DNA from: Clostridia bacterium
GTDB lineage: Bacteria; Bacillota; Clostridia; UMGS1810
Direction of reading: 5' to 3'
Length of the DNA stretch: 64,000 nucleotides
NCBI GenBank assembly: GCA_017481205.1
Contig: JAFUPN010000014.1
Coordinates: 17,500 to 81,499 of the forward strand
A program made the position numbers and the translations under genes. The notes beneath the pieces were generated by a model. That model made no database searches, was not told where the DNA came from, and saw only the letters and a list, made by a program, of their open reading frames with translations. Numbering within the stretch: the stretch's first letter is position 1; every line of letters starts with the position of its first letter. Shown here in pieces: positions 17,003 through 26,947 of this stretch.

Positions 17003-17089
17003 TTTACATTCAACTGTCCGCACAAAAAAGAAGGAGCTGTAGCAAAACGATTTTTCAAATCGAGTTGACTACAGCTCCCCGTTGTCATT

Positions 17090-18487
17090 TTATATTTTTT
17101 TGCTTAACTGCCTATATGTTGATGTAATCACCACAGCTGATATAATAGCAGTGAGAACATCTGAAACAGGCATAGAGTAAAGCACCCCGTCAAGACCAAA
17201 GAATATCGGCAAAACCACGGCGAAGCCAACTCCAAATACTATTTCGCGCACCATTGACAGCATTGTTGATGCGGCAGCCTTTCCCATTGCCTGAAGAAAT
17301 ATAAAAGCTGCCTTGTTTACACAAGCAAATATCATCATGCAAAGATAAATGCGGAATGCCTTAACTGCAAAATCCGTATAATATATACTTTCGTTTGCAG
17401 CGCCAAATATACCGATAAGCTGCATTGGAAAAAATTCCACTATGATAAGCGCAACAGCTCCCACCATTGCCTCCCACACAAGAAGTCTGGTAAATAATTG
17501 CTTAACCCTGTCATTTAATTTTGCACCCATATTAAAGCCGACAATAGGGATGCAGCCTGCCGCCATACCCACAACAACAGAAATAACTATCTGGAAGAAT
17601 TTCATAACTATACCTACAACTGCCATAGGTATCTGTGCGTACTGCTCCTGACCGAAGATTGCATCCATTGCTCCGTATTTTCTAATCATATTATTAATTG
17701 CCGCCATAGCTGCCACAAGAGAAATCTGAGAAAGGAAGCTGCAAACACCGAGTACCAGAGTCTTGCAGATGACTTTTCCTTTCAGCACAAAATCAGCTTT
17801 GGAAAGCTTTATTGTTTTTGTGTGGCAGAGATACCATATCGCAAGCACTGCAGTAATAATCTGACCGATAACAGTGGCAACAGCAGCTCCCATCATACCC
17901 CATTTGAACGTAAATATAAAGATAGGATCAAGTATGATATTGGCTACAGCTCCGGCAAGAGTCGATATCATTGCAAATTTCGGACTTCCATCTGCACGGA
18001 TAACAGGATTCATCGCCTGACCGAACATATAAAACGGAATACCGAGAGAAATCCAGAAGAAATATTCCTTTGAATGATTAAAGGTTTCTTCGTTTACAGT
18101 TCCGCCGAACATAGCAATAATCTGATTGCTGAAAGCAAGATATATTACTGTAAGGACAATGCTTGAAATAATAGTCATAAGCACAGAGTTTCCCATACTC
18201 ACTTTAGCATCATCAGCATTATTTTTGCCGAGGCTCAGGCTTACAAAGGCACAGCAGCCATCGCCAATCATAACAGCGATTGCAAGAGCAATTACCGTAA
18301 GCGGAAATACAACGGTATTAGCAGCATTTCCGTATGACCCCAAATAATCGGCATTGGCAATAAATATCTGGTCTACAATGTTATACAAAGCTCCTACAAG
18401 CAGGGAAATAATACATGGGATTGCATATTTCCTCATAAGCACGCCCAATTTTTCGGCGGCAAGAAAATTTTGATTTGTCTGTTCCAT
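17090..18487 (-). CDS. MATE-family efflux transporter
   Basis: 465-aa 12-TM protein with a MATE-like N-terminus (LMRKYAIPCIISLLVGALYNIVDQIFI). Confidence 0.8.
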   Translation of the reverse strand: MEQTNQNFLAAEKLGVLMRKYAIPCIISLLVGALYNIVDQIFIANADYLGSYGNAANTVVFPLTVIALAIAVMIGDGCCAFVSLSLGKNNADDAKVSMGNSVLMTIISSIVLTVIYLAFSNQIIAMFGGTVNEETFNHSKEYFFWISLGIPFYMFGQAMNPVIRADGSPKFAMISTLAGAVANIILDPIFIFTFKWGMMGAAVATVIGQIITAVLAIWYLCHTKTIKLSKADFVLKGKVICKTLVLGVCSFLSQISLVAAMAAINNMIRKYGAMDAIFGQEQYAQIPMAVVGIVMKFFQIVISVVVGMAAGCIPIVGFNMGAKLNDRVKQLFTRLLVWEAMVGAVALIIVEFFPMQLIGIFGAANESIYYTDFAVKAFRIYLCMMIFACVNKAAFIFLQAMGKAAASTMLSMVREIVFGVGFAVVLPIFFGLDGVLYSMPVSDVLTAIISAVVITSTYRQLSKKI

Positions 18488-18504
18488 TAAAATTACCTCC
18501 TAAA

Positions 18505-18548
18505 ACGCAAAAAAATAATGCGTAAGTCCAAAACTGGACTTACGCATT
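18505..18548 (-). terminator. Rho-independent terminator after tag
   Basis: 14-bp stem AATGCGTAAGTCCA/TGGACTTACGCATT, followed on the minus strand by ATTTTTTTGCG. Confidence 0.75.
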
Positions 18549-18644
18549 ACTGCTACTCGTTGGTTGTATTATAGCACATTTCAAATTCTTTTGCAAGAGA
18601 TAAAATATACAAATTATTTCAATCCATAAATCCCGCAATTATAG

Positions 18645-19250
18645 TTATAATGCCAAATCAACGTTCCCAGAGCTATCAGGATGCATCCTATCAATGATTT
18701 TGTCGAAGCACATACATTCCTTGGAATGTGCATTTATAACTCCCATAGACTGCAGGAAGGAATAAATAATTGTTGAGCCAACAAAGGTCATTCCGCGCTT
18801 TTTCAAATCCTTTGATATGGCATCTGACAGCGGCGATGTAGTTCTCACTGTAAATTCCTCCATAACAACCTTATTGTCAGTAAAAGACCAGATGTAATTG
18901 CTGAAAGAACCAAATTCCTCTTGAATTTCCTTAAATACTATACTGTTATTGACAGCGGCCTTTATTTTAAGCCTGTTGCGGATGATTCCCGGATTATTCA
19001 TCAACGCTTGCTTCTTTTCATCATCATACTTGATAATTATGTCAATATCAAAATTATCAAAAGCTGCTCTGAAGTTTTCGCGCTTATTTAATACGCACTC
19101 CCAGGACAAGCCTGCCTGAAAGCACTCTAAAATAAGAAGCTCATACAGCTTTTTATCATCATATAAAGGCTGTCCCCATTCTTCGTCGTGATATTTTACA
19201 TAGGTTTCATTATTTAAGTTTAGCCAACTGCACCTTATCTTCTTTTCCAT
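18645..19250 (-). CDS. tag: DNA-3-methyladenine glycosylase I
   Basis: YHDEEWGQPLYDDKKLYELLILECFQAGLSWECVLNKRENFRAAFDNFD is typical of Tag. Confidence 0.85.
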   Translation of the reverse strand: MEKKIRCSWLNLNNETYVKYHDEEWGQPLYDDKKLYELLILECFQAGLSWECVLNKRENFRAAFDNFDIDIIIKYDDEKKQALMNNPGIIRNRLKIKAAVNNSIVFKEIQEEFGSFSNYIWSFTDNKVVMEEFTVRTTSPLSDAISKDLKKRGMTFVGSTIIYSFLQSMGVINAHSKECMCFDKIIDRMHPDSSGNVDLAL

Positions 19251-19460
19251 TCTTTACTCCTCAATCTTTCCAATGTATGCAACAGTATGGTGATATGTCT
19301 TTATAATCTTATTTTACCATATTCTATTGACAAATGCAATATTCTCCTTTAGCTATTGCGTTTTATCATATGACATTTGGATTAACACCAATTCGACAAA
19401 ATAACATATTATATAACAGTGGCTCATAATTTTTAAATACAATGAGAAAGAGGGAATTTT

Positions 19461-22400
19461 ATGAAACCAATATGCAGCTGCATAATGCAGAATAATACGA
19501 GAACCTATAACATTGAAGCAATATCTTTGCCGATTGTTTATAATAAATTTGGAGACCACGATATCAATGGATTGCTGTATGTGCTTTGTGAGGATTCCGA
19601 ACGCATTCAGAAAAAGGCATGGGAGAATTTTAACAAACCAATACCGCAGCCTTACGAAGAGGTTCGTCCCTTGGTAATCCGTGCAAACTTAGGAGACAAG
19701 ATATGTATAAATTTTCATAACAGACTAAACAGAAGAGCATCCATACATGTTCAGGGGCTCAAATACGATATTGATAAGTCAGACGGAGCAAACGTGGGAT
19801 TCAACCCCGATACTACCACAGATAACAGAATCACTTATACCTGGTATGCCGACCATGAAGGCGTATTCTTGTTTTCTGATTTGGCAGACCCCCGAAGCGA
19901 CGAAGAAGGCACAAATGTCCACGGGCTTTTCGGTGCAATTATTGTAGAAGCGCCCGGCTCGGAATGGTTTGACCCGGTTACTGGAAAACCGATTACAAGC
20001 GGACTTTTTGCAGATATTTACCACCCGGTAAAATCAGCCTTCCGTGAATATGCCGTGTTTTTTCACGACGAGCTGGAAATTTTGAACAAAGACGGTCAGC
20101 CTCCCGCAGACCCGCACACGGGACTTCCAAACGGCACTACCGCAATCAGCTATAGGTCAGAGCCTATGCGGAACAGACCGCCTCTCATCCATGACCACGA
20201 AGGCGGTGTAACCGACGAGGACATTTCTATGAGCTCATGGTCCTATGGAGACCCTGCTCCGCCAATATTGAGAGCGTATGTGGGAGACCCGTCCAAAATC
20301 CGTCTTATTCACGGCGGTGTGAAGGAGACTCATGTGTTCCATCTGCACAATCATCAGTGGAGGCTGGAGCCCGATGACCCCAAATCAACAATTATAGATT
20401 CAATTTCAATCAGCCCACAGGAATGTTATACCTTGGATATACTTCACGGAGCAGGAAGCCTAAACGGAATGATTGGTGATGCAATATTCCACTGTCATCT
20501 CTATCCTCATTTTCATGAAGGAATGTGGACCTTATGGCGTGTTTTTGACCGTCTTGAGGACGGACGCGGAGTTTATCCCGACGGAACGTCTATTGAAGCA
20601 CTGTGTCCACTTAAGGACAGACCCCTGCCGCCTGAAAAAGATGAGCTTCACCCGGGCTATCCAAATTTTATTAACGGAACCTTCGGTCAGCGTCCTCTTC
20701 TGCCACCATTTGGGATTTTGACAGCAGAGGGCGAAAACAAGATTGAGCCGACACAGCTTGTAGAAGCAAATTTCGCACAGAATTTTGCACCCGGAGCATT
20801 GTATACCAAAACCTGTCCGTGCAAAACGGCTAAAGATATAAAGGTATTCGACATTGCCGCTGTACAATCAAAGATTATCTATAACCGTTACGGATGGCAC
20901 GACCCTCAGGGACGCTTTTTTGTCCTGAAAGAAGAGCTTGAAAAGTATGGAACATTAGAAAATTATTTAAAAGATGTAGAATGCGGAAATATCATACCGG
21001 AACCACTTGTAATTCGAGCAAATGCAGGAGATTGTATTGAAATCAGGTTTACAAATCTTCTGCCTGAATTTATTGAGGGCAATGAATTTCAGCTGAAAAC
21101 CCTTACGGACATTGTAGGATATCATATTCATCTGGTTAAGTTTGACACTATCGTATCAGACGGTGCCGCAAATGGCTGGAACAATATAGCCGGTGCACGA
21201 AAATACGAAACAGTGATTGAACGCTTCTTTGCTAACGAAGAGCTTAACACAGTATTTTTCCATGACCACCTGTTTGCCAATATGCATCAACAGCACGGTA
21301 TGTTCGGAGCGCTTATAATTGAGCCTGCCGATGCCGTTTTTTACGACCCTAAAACCGGATGTGAGTCAAAAAGCGGAACCCAAGCGGTTATCCGCCGTGC
21401 AAACGGAGATGCCTACCGCGAGTTTGCACTGTTTGTTCATGATTTTGCACTGCTTTTCGATAAAAAGGGAAAGCCCCTTAATCCACCGGAGCACCCCGGC
21501 TCAGATGATGACCCTGGCGTAATGGGTATAAATTATCGGTCAGAACCAATGCGTGAGCGGCTCAAAATCAAAAATGACCCGTCACACATTTTCAGCTCAT
21601 GCGTCTACGGCGACCCTGCAACGCCAATTCTGGAAACCTATCCGGACGAACCCTTTGTTATCCGATTACTTGACGGAGCACACGAGGAACAGCACGCATT
21701 TAATATCCGGGGAATGTCATGGAGAAAAGAGATTACCGACCCAGTATCGCCTATTGTGCAGGAACAGACGCTTGGTATATCGGAGGCTTTTAATATTCGT
21801 ATAGATGAGGGATATTGCGCAGGAGATTATCTGTATTATTTCGGAGGAATTGACGATTTATGGCTTGGTCTTTGGGGAATTATAAGGGCACACAAATGTA
21901 TTCAAAAGGATTTGCTGCCGTTATGCAGAGAGCAGAAGCTTTTACCTCCCAATCCGTCAGAACCGCCTGAGGGTGCAACTATCCGCAGATTCTCTGTTGC
22001 GGCAATTCAAAAGGATTTGGTGTATAACAAATATGGAGACCATGACCCTGACGGACTTTTATTTGTTCCTCTTGAACATGTCGGGGATGTTATAAAGGGA
22101 CGCAAAAAGCCGATACCGCTTATACTGAGAGCAAATGCCGGCGATTGGATTGAAATAACGCTTTACAATATGTTTGATATAAACCGTCCGATTGAATACT
22201 TCGACTATCCGTCAGTTCCTTTGGACTATCCGCACAAACCTTCAGATAGAGTTTCGCTGAATCCGCAGTTTCTGCAGTATGACCCAATACATTCATCAGG
22301 CATTAACGTGGGATATAACGAAACTGAACAAACCGCAGGACCGGGCGAAAAAATACGCTATTTGTGGTATGCAGACAAGGAGTACGGCGGCTGCATTATA

Positions 22401-23126
22401 AACTCCTTCGGAGATGTAAGAAATCACCGGTATCACGGTCTGTTTGGTGCAATAATTATAGAGCCTGTACAGGCGAAGTGCTTTGACGGACTAAAAGAAA
22501 CCTCAACTCATTACGGAGAACAGGCTGTTATAGCTGCGCCAGGCAAGGAAACTTTCAGAGAGTTCGTATTGTTTGCGCAAAACGGTATTCGTCTGTTGGA
22601 TAAAAATAATGTGCTTATAAAAACAACCGAGCAAAATTCTGAAGAAGGAGGACACGGTGCACCGGACCATGAGGATACGGGAGAAAAAGGATATAATTAC
22701 CGTTCCGAGCGATTTTTCAACAGATTGAAGCGTGATTCGCGAATATATAAGATATTTAGCTCCAAAGAGCACGGAGACCCTTCTACACCGCTGTTTAAGG
22801 CATATGAAGGAGAAAGAATCATCTTCCGCTACCTGATGCCTGCCGACAAGCCGAGAAATATAAGCTTTGCTCTTCACGGGCATCAGTGGATGGCTCAGCC
22901 TGAAGACCCGTTTTCAAGAGTTATCCCCGTTCAGGGAGCAGTCAGTGTCGGCGGAAGCTATATGATTGAACCAAAAAACGGAGCCGGAGCTCCGGGAGAT
23001 TATTTATATCGTTCAGGCTCACTGCGTTGGGATGTGGAATCGGGAATGTGGGGCATATTAAGAATTATGAAGCGATCAATAAAAGAGCGCTGCAAGGATG
23101 CCTGCCGGCGTATATTTTCCAGATAA
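19461..23126 (+). CDS. Leaderless 1221-aa multicopper-oxidase-like protein built from three tandem homologous repeats (about six cupredoxin domains)
   Basis: One full HCHxxxHxxxGM motif (HCHLYPHFHEGM, nt 20490-20525). HxH motifs FHLHNHQW, GYHIHLVKFD, FFHDHLF and ALHGHQW. Repeat anchors at about aa 16, 461 and 842 (VYNKFGDHD / IYNRYGWHD / VYNKYGDHD; PLVIRANLGD / PLVIRANAGD / PLILRANAGD; HGLFGAIIVE / HGMFGALIIE / HGLFGAIIIE). RBS AGAGGGA. No signal or TAT peptide. Confidence 0.7.
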   Translation: MKPICSCIMQNNTRTYNIEAISLPIVYNKFGDHDINGLLYVLCEDSERIQKKAWENFNKPIPQPYEEVRPLVIRANLGDKICINFHNRLNRRASIHVQGLKYDIDKSDGANVGFNPDTTTDNRITYTWYADHEGVFLFSDLADPRSDEEGTNVHGLFGAIIVEAPGSEWFDPVTGKPITSGLFADIYHPVKSAFREYAVFFHDELEILNKDGQPPADPHTGLPNGTTAISYRSEPMRNRPPLIHDHEGGVTDEDISMSSWSYGDPAPPILRAYVGDPSKIRLIHGGVKETHVFHLHNHQWRLEPDDPKSTIIDSISISPQECYTLDILHGAGSLNGMIGDAIFHCHLYPHFHEGMWTLWRVFDRLEDGRGVYPDGTSIEALCPLKDRPLPPEKDELHPGYPNFINGTFGQRPLLPPFGILTAEGENKIEPTQLVEANFAQNFAPGALYTKTCPCKTAKDIKVFDIAAVQSKIIYNRYGWHDPQGRFFVLKEELEKYGTLENYLKDVECGNIIPEPLVIRANAGDCIEIRFTNLLPEFIEGNEFQLKTLTDIVGYHIHLVKFDTIVSDGAANGWNNIAGARKYETVIERFFANEELNTVFFHDHLFANMHQQHGMFGALIIEPADAVFYDPKTGCESKSGTQAVIRRANGDAYREFALFVHDFALLFDKKGKPLNPPEHPGSDDDPGVMGINYRSEPMRERLKIKNDPSHIFSSCVYGDPATPILETYPDEPFVIRLLDGAHEEQHAFNIRGMSWRKEITDPVSPIVQEQTLGISEAFNIRIDEGYCAGDYLYYFGGIDDLWLGLWGIIRAHKCIQKDLLPLCREQKLLPPNPSEPPEGATIRRFSVAAIQKDLVYNKYGDHDPDGLLFVPLEHVGDVIKGRKKPIPLILRANAGDWIEITLYNMFDINRPIEYFDYPSVPLDYPHKPSDRVSLNPQFLQYDPIHSSGINVGYNETEQTAGPGEKIRYLWYADKEYGGCIINSFGDVRNHRYHGLFGAIIIEPVQAKCFDGLKETSTHYGEQAVIAAPGKETFREFVLFAQNGIRLLDKNNVLIKTTEQNSEEGGHGAPDHEDTGEKGYNYRSERFFNRLKRDSRIYKIFSSKEHGDPSTPLFKAYEGERIIFRYLMPADKPRNISFALHGHQWMAQPEDPFSRVIPVQGAVSVGGSYMIEPKNGAGAPGDYLYRSGSLRWDVESGMWGILRIMKRSIKERCKDACRRIFSR

Positions 23127-23198
23127 AAACAATATTTCGGTAAAAGCATTGACAAAACTCAAAAAAGTCTTGTTCCATATATAAAAGGCTAAAACACA

Positions 23199-23247
23199 AA
23201 AAAGGTCAGCGAAAAGCAGTTGTTTTGATGCTTTTGCTGACCTTTTA
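23199..23247 (+). terminator. Rho-independent terminator after the MCO-like gene
   Basis: AAAAGGTCAGCGAAAAGC ... GCTTTTGCTGACCTTTT long hairpin with a T-tail. Confidence 0.7.
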
Positions 23248-23552
23248 ATTACATATAAAATGCTTTAATACTTCATTTATATTCTTTTTCCCGAGGCAAG
23301 CTCAAAATGATATTCTACAATTCCCAATCCATTTTTGTATAAAAACCCATTCCTGCCTTGGCAGATACTTTTCTGTTTTCATGCTACAAATAAAATTTTT
23401 GCTGATTCATTGCTGTGGTAGCAAGAAGTGATGCCTGACACCTTTTTTAAACCAATCGTGAGAGACATCCGATACATTGCTCACAGCTTCGGGAGCCTTT
23501 GATTTATGAGGCACTCCTTGTGTTTCACCATATCCGACTGCAATTACAACAG

Positions 23553-23936
23553 TCAGCTTTTCATCAATTCATCCGTCAATCGCATAATTTCGGGGGCAAT
23601 TTTCTCCCGCTCTTTTTTTATAATCTTGCTGTATATGGGGTAAGCAAGAGCTATGATACCTATTCCGATAATTCCGATTATAATTCCGGGAATAAACCAC
23701 TTGTCCATCCATACCATACAGCAACACATTCCGACTCCAAACACAATTGCACCGATAAAGCCTGCAATGAGTGATAACGAAGTAGCTTTTTGATAAACAC
23801 TGCTGTCAAGCTTTCTTAGAAGTGTCATTTTGTCCTCTTCCGGTGGCAAGTATTTTTTTCGTATGCTTTCTATTTCTGTTTTTTGTTTTGCAGAATAAGT
23901 ATAATTAAATACCTCTCCGTGATTTTTATTTTCCAT
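23553..23936 (-). CDS. Small 2-TM membrane protein (127 aa), paralog of 26948..27322
   Basis: Soluble helical N-terminus, two TM segments containing PGIIIGIIGIGIIALAYPIY, and a C-terminal helix ...MRLTDELMKS. The architecture and PGIIIGIIG motif match the 124-aa protein. Confidence 0.6.
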   Translation of the reverse strand: MENKNHGEVFNYTYSAKQKTEIESIRKKYLPPEEDKMTLLRKLDSSVYQKATSLSLIAGFIGAIVFGVGMCCCMVWMDKWFIPGIIIGIIGIGIIALAYPIYSKIIKKEREKIAPEIMRLTDELMKS

Positions 23937-23968
23937 TTTACTGACTCCTTTCGGGTTGTATCCGCATA

Positions 23969-24024
23969 GCCGAAAAAGAACAATCTGCCTTTGAAAATCG
24001 TGGTTCGGATTATTCTCTTTCGGC
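23969..24024 (+). repeat. Divergent third copy (C) of the GCCGAAAGA...TCTTTCGGC hairpin element
   Basis: GCCGAAAAAGAACAATCTGCCTTTGAAAATCGTGGTTCGGATTATTCTCTTTCGGC. It shares both termini and the GGATTATT-CTTTCGGC tail with copies A and B. Confidence 0.5.
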
Positions 24025-24135
24025 TTAGTATGACAGGTGCAGGCGGGCTGACGCCAGTCAAAACCGACAAACTGAAAGATTTTAAAAATTTCAGATGTCA
24101 GGCAGTGAGAGTTCGAGTCATGTCACACTAGAATA

Positions 24136-25014
24136 TTACATATTTTTAATTTCTTTACTTGTCTTCCAGATGTTATATACTGAAATACAGACTATAATAG
24201 CGCTTATTCCTGCACCTGTTGCAATAATCATTATTCTGCGATTTTCAGGGGACATATCACTTCCGAACTGTGAGAGCATGGCTGTCTCAAGTGCCAGCAT
24301 AGAAATAAGTGCCGCTGCTAAATTAACTGATTTTGCCATTGACATTACGGGACTGTTATACTTCTTGTATTTAATCACGTTTATAATTGCAGCTGTTGTG
24401 ATATAGAAGGTATACATTGCCATTACATAAATTAAAATACCATAATACTCAAAGCCTCTGTCGAAATAAACCATCATTAAAACGGCACCGGACAGAGCAA
24501 GGTTCACCGTAAGCAATATCAGTGCACATAGTCTTGAACGCTTCAGCTCTTTAAAACGATTTCTTCCTATCCCCTCTTTGTTGACATATCTGACCAACAG
24601 GAAACGCATAAGCGCCATGATAATATAATAACCTGCAAAAAGCATAAACCAGGCGGATCTGTAATAAATCCCCGAAAACAAATTAAAGGCTGCGTATAAA
24701 AGATTAACAGCAAGGGAACGATACAGACCTATGTGTGTTTTAAAAGCAGGGTCTGTCATATATCTGTTTCCGAATTTGTTATCATACACTTTTTGCCTGA
24801 TTGCTCTGTAACAGCCCGGGATAACATCGGCACAGGCTATACAAACAACAGTCAGCGTATAGAAAGAAAGCACATATATTACATAGGCTGCCGGGCTCTC
24901 CTCCAAGCCTTTTACAAAAGTTGCAGCTAACGCTGCCGTGCTTAAAATAACCAGTATAATCATAAGCCATACCGGAGGATAAAGCAGTTTTTTTAAAATA
25001 GTTTTCCAATCCTT
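24136..25014 (-). CDS. Polytopic membrane protein of unknown function, last gene of the two-component operon
   Basis: About 292 aa from MKDWKTILKK with at least 6 predicted TM segments. It starts 6 nt after the kinase stop. Confidence 0.6.
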   Translation of the reverse strand, partial: KDWKTILKKLLYPPVWLMIILVILSTAALAATFVKGLEESPAAYVIYVLSFYTLTVVCIACADVIPGCYRAIRQKVYDNKFGNRYMTDPAFKTHIGLYRSLAVNLLYAAFNLFSGIYYRSAWFMLFAGYYIIMALMRFLLVRYVNKEGIGRNRFKELKRSRLCALILLTVNLALSGAVLMMVYFDRGFEYYGILIYVMAMYTFYITTAAIINVIKYKKYNSPVMSMAKSVNLAAALISMLALETAMLSQFGSDMSPENRRIMIIATGAGISAIIVCISVYNIWKTSKEIKNM

Positions 25015-25019
25015 CATAA

Positions 25020-26093
25020 TCAACCTCTGCGAAATCTGACAGTGAATGTACTCCCCTGCCCGCAAACACTCTCAACACCGATTTCTCCCTGCATAATATC
25101 TACTACACGTTTTACAAGAGCAAGACCGAGACCATTTCCCTCTGCCCCGTGTGAAGTATCTCCCTGATAAAATTTATCAAAAATACGCTTACCGACTTCC
25201 GGTGTCATACCGCAGCCCGTATCGCTCACTTTTACTACAATATGATGAGGAGTGGCTTTTAGACTTACCAAAACCGTGCCGCCTTTGTCTGTAAACTTAA
25301 TCGCATTTGAAAACAGATTGTTCCATACATGACTTAAAAGCTCTGAATCAGAGCTGATAATAACATCATCTTCGATATCTGTCTCAATATTCATTTTTTT
25401 CTTTTCCCAGGCATCCTCAAATTGCAGCAGGCACTCACAGAGCTGCTCTCCTAAATCATACTCACGGACAGAGGGATATATCTGCTGATTTTCCAATTTA
25501 TTCAGCTTTAAAATATTTGAAATCAGGCTTGCCAGTCTTCTGCAGGCACCTGATATGGATTTTGCATATTCAATTCTTTTTGCTTCATCAAGCCCCGGCT
25601 GCTGAAGCATTGTGCTGTAGTTCTGCATAACAGCAAGGGGTGTTTTTAATTCATGCGATACATTTGAAATAAAGTCAGTACGCAATGTCTCTATCCCTGA
25701 CAGTTCCTCTGTCATTTTATTGAAGCAATCAATTATTTCATTGAAGCCTCCTGTCCCGGCAAATCCGCTGACACGGTTAATGCGCACGTCAAAATCACCT
25801 TGAATTATTTTTTTCGCTGCCGCAGTTATTCTTCTGACAGGCTTATCAACCATAATTTTTCGTCTGAATACATCAAACAGGGTAAATATCAGGCTCAGGA
25901 ACAAAACATTTATAAAGGTCAGTTTTGCAGCAGCCTGTACACTTGCTTCTGTTAATGTTACACCCAAAGTCTCAGACAGTATGGAAACAAACAGCATCAT
26001 GCAGCAGCTTATGACAAATGCCACAAGTGCAAAAAAGACAACATAGTGATACAATGCCTTCAACAGATTGCGAAGCTTTACTTTTTCTTTCAC
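25020..26093 (-). CDS. Sensor histidine kinase (intramembrane-sensing type: two TM segments with a loop of about 15 aa, HAMP, HisKA, HATPase)
   Basis: H-box SHELKTPLAVMQNY. N/G boxes NLFSNAIKFT and DTGCGM...GLGLALVKR. Its start overlaps the regulator stop. Confidence 0.85.
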   Translation of the reverse strand: MKEKVKLRNLLKALYHYVVFFALVAFVISCCMMLFVSILSETLGVTLTEASVQAAAKLTFINVLFLSLIFTLFDVFRRKIMVDKPVRRITAAAKKIIQGDFDVRINRVSGFAGTGGFNEIIDCFNKMTEELSGIETLRTDFISNVSHELKTPLAVMQNYSTMLQQPGLDEAKRIEYAKSISGACRRLASLISNILKLNKLENQQIYPSVREYDLGEQLCECLLQFEDAWEKKKMNIETDIEDDVIISSDSELLSHVWNNLFSNAIKFTDKGGTVLVSLKATPHHIVVKVSDTGCGMTPEVGKRIFDKFYQGDTSHGAEGNGLGLALVKRVVDIMQGEIGVESVCGQGSTFTVRFRRG

Positions 26094-26761
26094 TTTAACA
26101 CCGCCTTATATCCCAATCCGTGAACAGTAACTATTTCAAATCCGTCACACTCAGCCAGTTTTGAGCGAAGCTTGGTCATATAAACATCAACACTTCGGGG
26201 CGCCGAGGCAGTTTCTGCATCCCAGAATTCGTCCATAAGCTGAGTACGTGTAAATGTCTTTTTAGGATAACTGAGCAGCTTGTACAGAATATTAAATTCG
26301 CGCATAGTCATGGGTATTTCATCATCATTAAGGTATGCGGTATGCTCATCCGCATCCATTTTGAAGTTGCCCACACAAAGCTGACGGCTGGATGCTATTT
26401 TTGCTCTACGAAGCAATGCTCCTATTCTTAAAAACAACTCATCCAGGTCGATAGGCTTTACCATATAATCATCAATACCAACACGGTAGCCCCGCTGCTT
26501 TGAAGCAAAATCGTCTCTTGCCGTCATAAACAAAACAGGGATATTCTCATTTAATTCGCGAACATTCTTTACAAATTCAAATCCGTCTGTACCGGGTATC
26601 ATTATGTCGGAAACGATTAAATCAAATACCTTTTCATACATTGCATCATAGGCTTCATCTGCCGACAAGCACCCTGTAGCTTCATAGCCGCTTTGGTTAA
26701 GAAAAGAGCAAACAGTTTTGTTTAAATCACGGTCATCCTCAACAACCAATATCTGAAACAT
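26090..26761 (-). CDS. OmpR/PhoB-family response regulator
   Basis: Start moved to MFQILVVEDDRDLNK with RBS GAGGTG. Receiver domain residues (DLIVSDIMIPGTDG) and a winged-helix output (VDVYMTKLRSKL...TVHGLGYK). Confidence 0.85.
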   Translation of the reverse strand: MFQILVVEDDRDLNKTVCSFLNQSGYEATGCLSADEAYDAMYEKVFDLIVSDIMIPGTDGFEFVKNVRELNENIPVLFMTARDDFASKQRGYRVGIDDYMVKPIDLDELFLRIGALLRRAKIASSRQLCVGNFKMDADEHTAYLNDDEIPMTMREFNILYKLLSYPKKTFTRTQLMDEFWDAETASAPRSVDVYMTKLRSKLAECDGFEIVTVHGLGYKAVLK

Positions 26762-26806
26762 ATAATTCACCTCAAAAAATACTATTATATGTTTATTATA
26801 GCATAT

Positions 26807-26826
26807 AATTGTTAAAGTTTTGTTTG
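26807..26826 (-). promoter_or_regulatory. AACA-N7-AACA direct-repeat motif (site 1), overlapping the -35 region of the response-regulator operon promoter
   Basis: The minus strand reads CAAACAAAACTTTAACAATT. TATAAT (26795-26800) lies 6 nt downstream. Confidence 0.45.
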
Positions 26827-26851
26827 AGTTTTTAAATTTTTGGATTTTTTC

Positions 26852-26893
26852 GCAAAAAGCGAAGCGTTTTGCCACCATGAATACGCTTCGCTT
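26852..26893 (-). terminator. Rho-independent terminator after the 124-aa gene
   Basis: Stem GCGAAGCG/CGCTTCGC with a 17-nt loop, followed on the minus strand by TTTTTGCG. Confidence 0.6.
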
Positions 26894-26947
26894 TGCTAAA
26901 TTTATTACCACTATTGGATGTTGCCGATACTAAAAAAGGTTTTACTG

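Noticed and set aside
23250-23552. Possible gene debris downstream of the 127-aa gene. One open minus-strand fragment reads LTVVIAVGYGETQGVPHKSKAPEAV... (nitroreductase-like C-terminus). Another reads ...AGMGFYTKNGLGIVEYHFEL-like (GNAT-like C-terminus).
   Set aside because: The fragments are short (under 50 codons), lack starts and sit in different frames. The family assignments rest on a few residues only. They may be pseudogene relics but cannot be supported without a database search.
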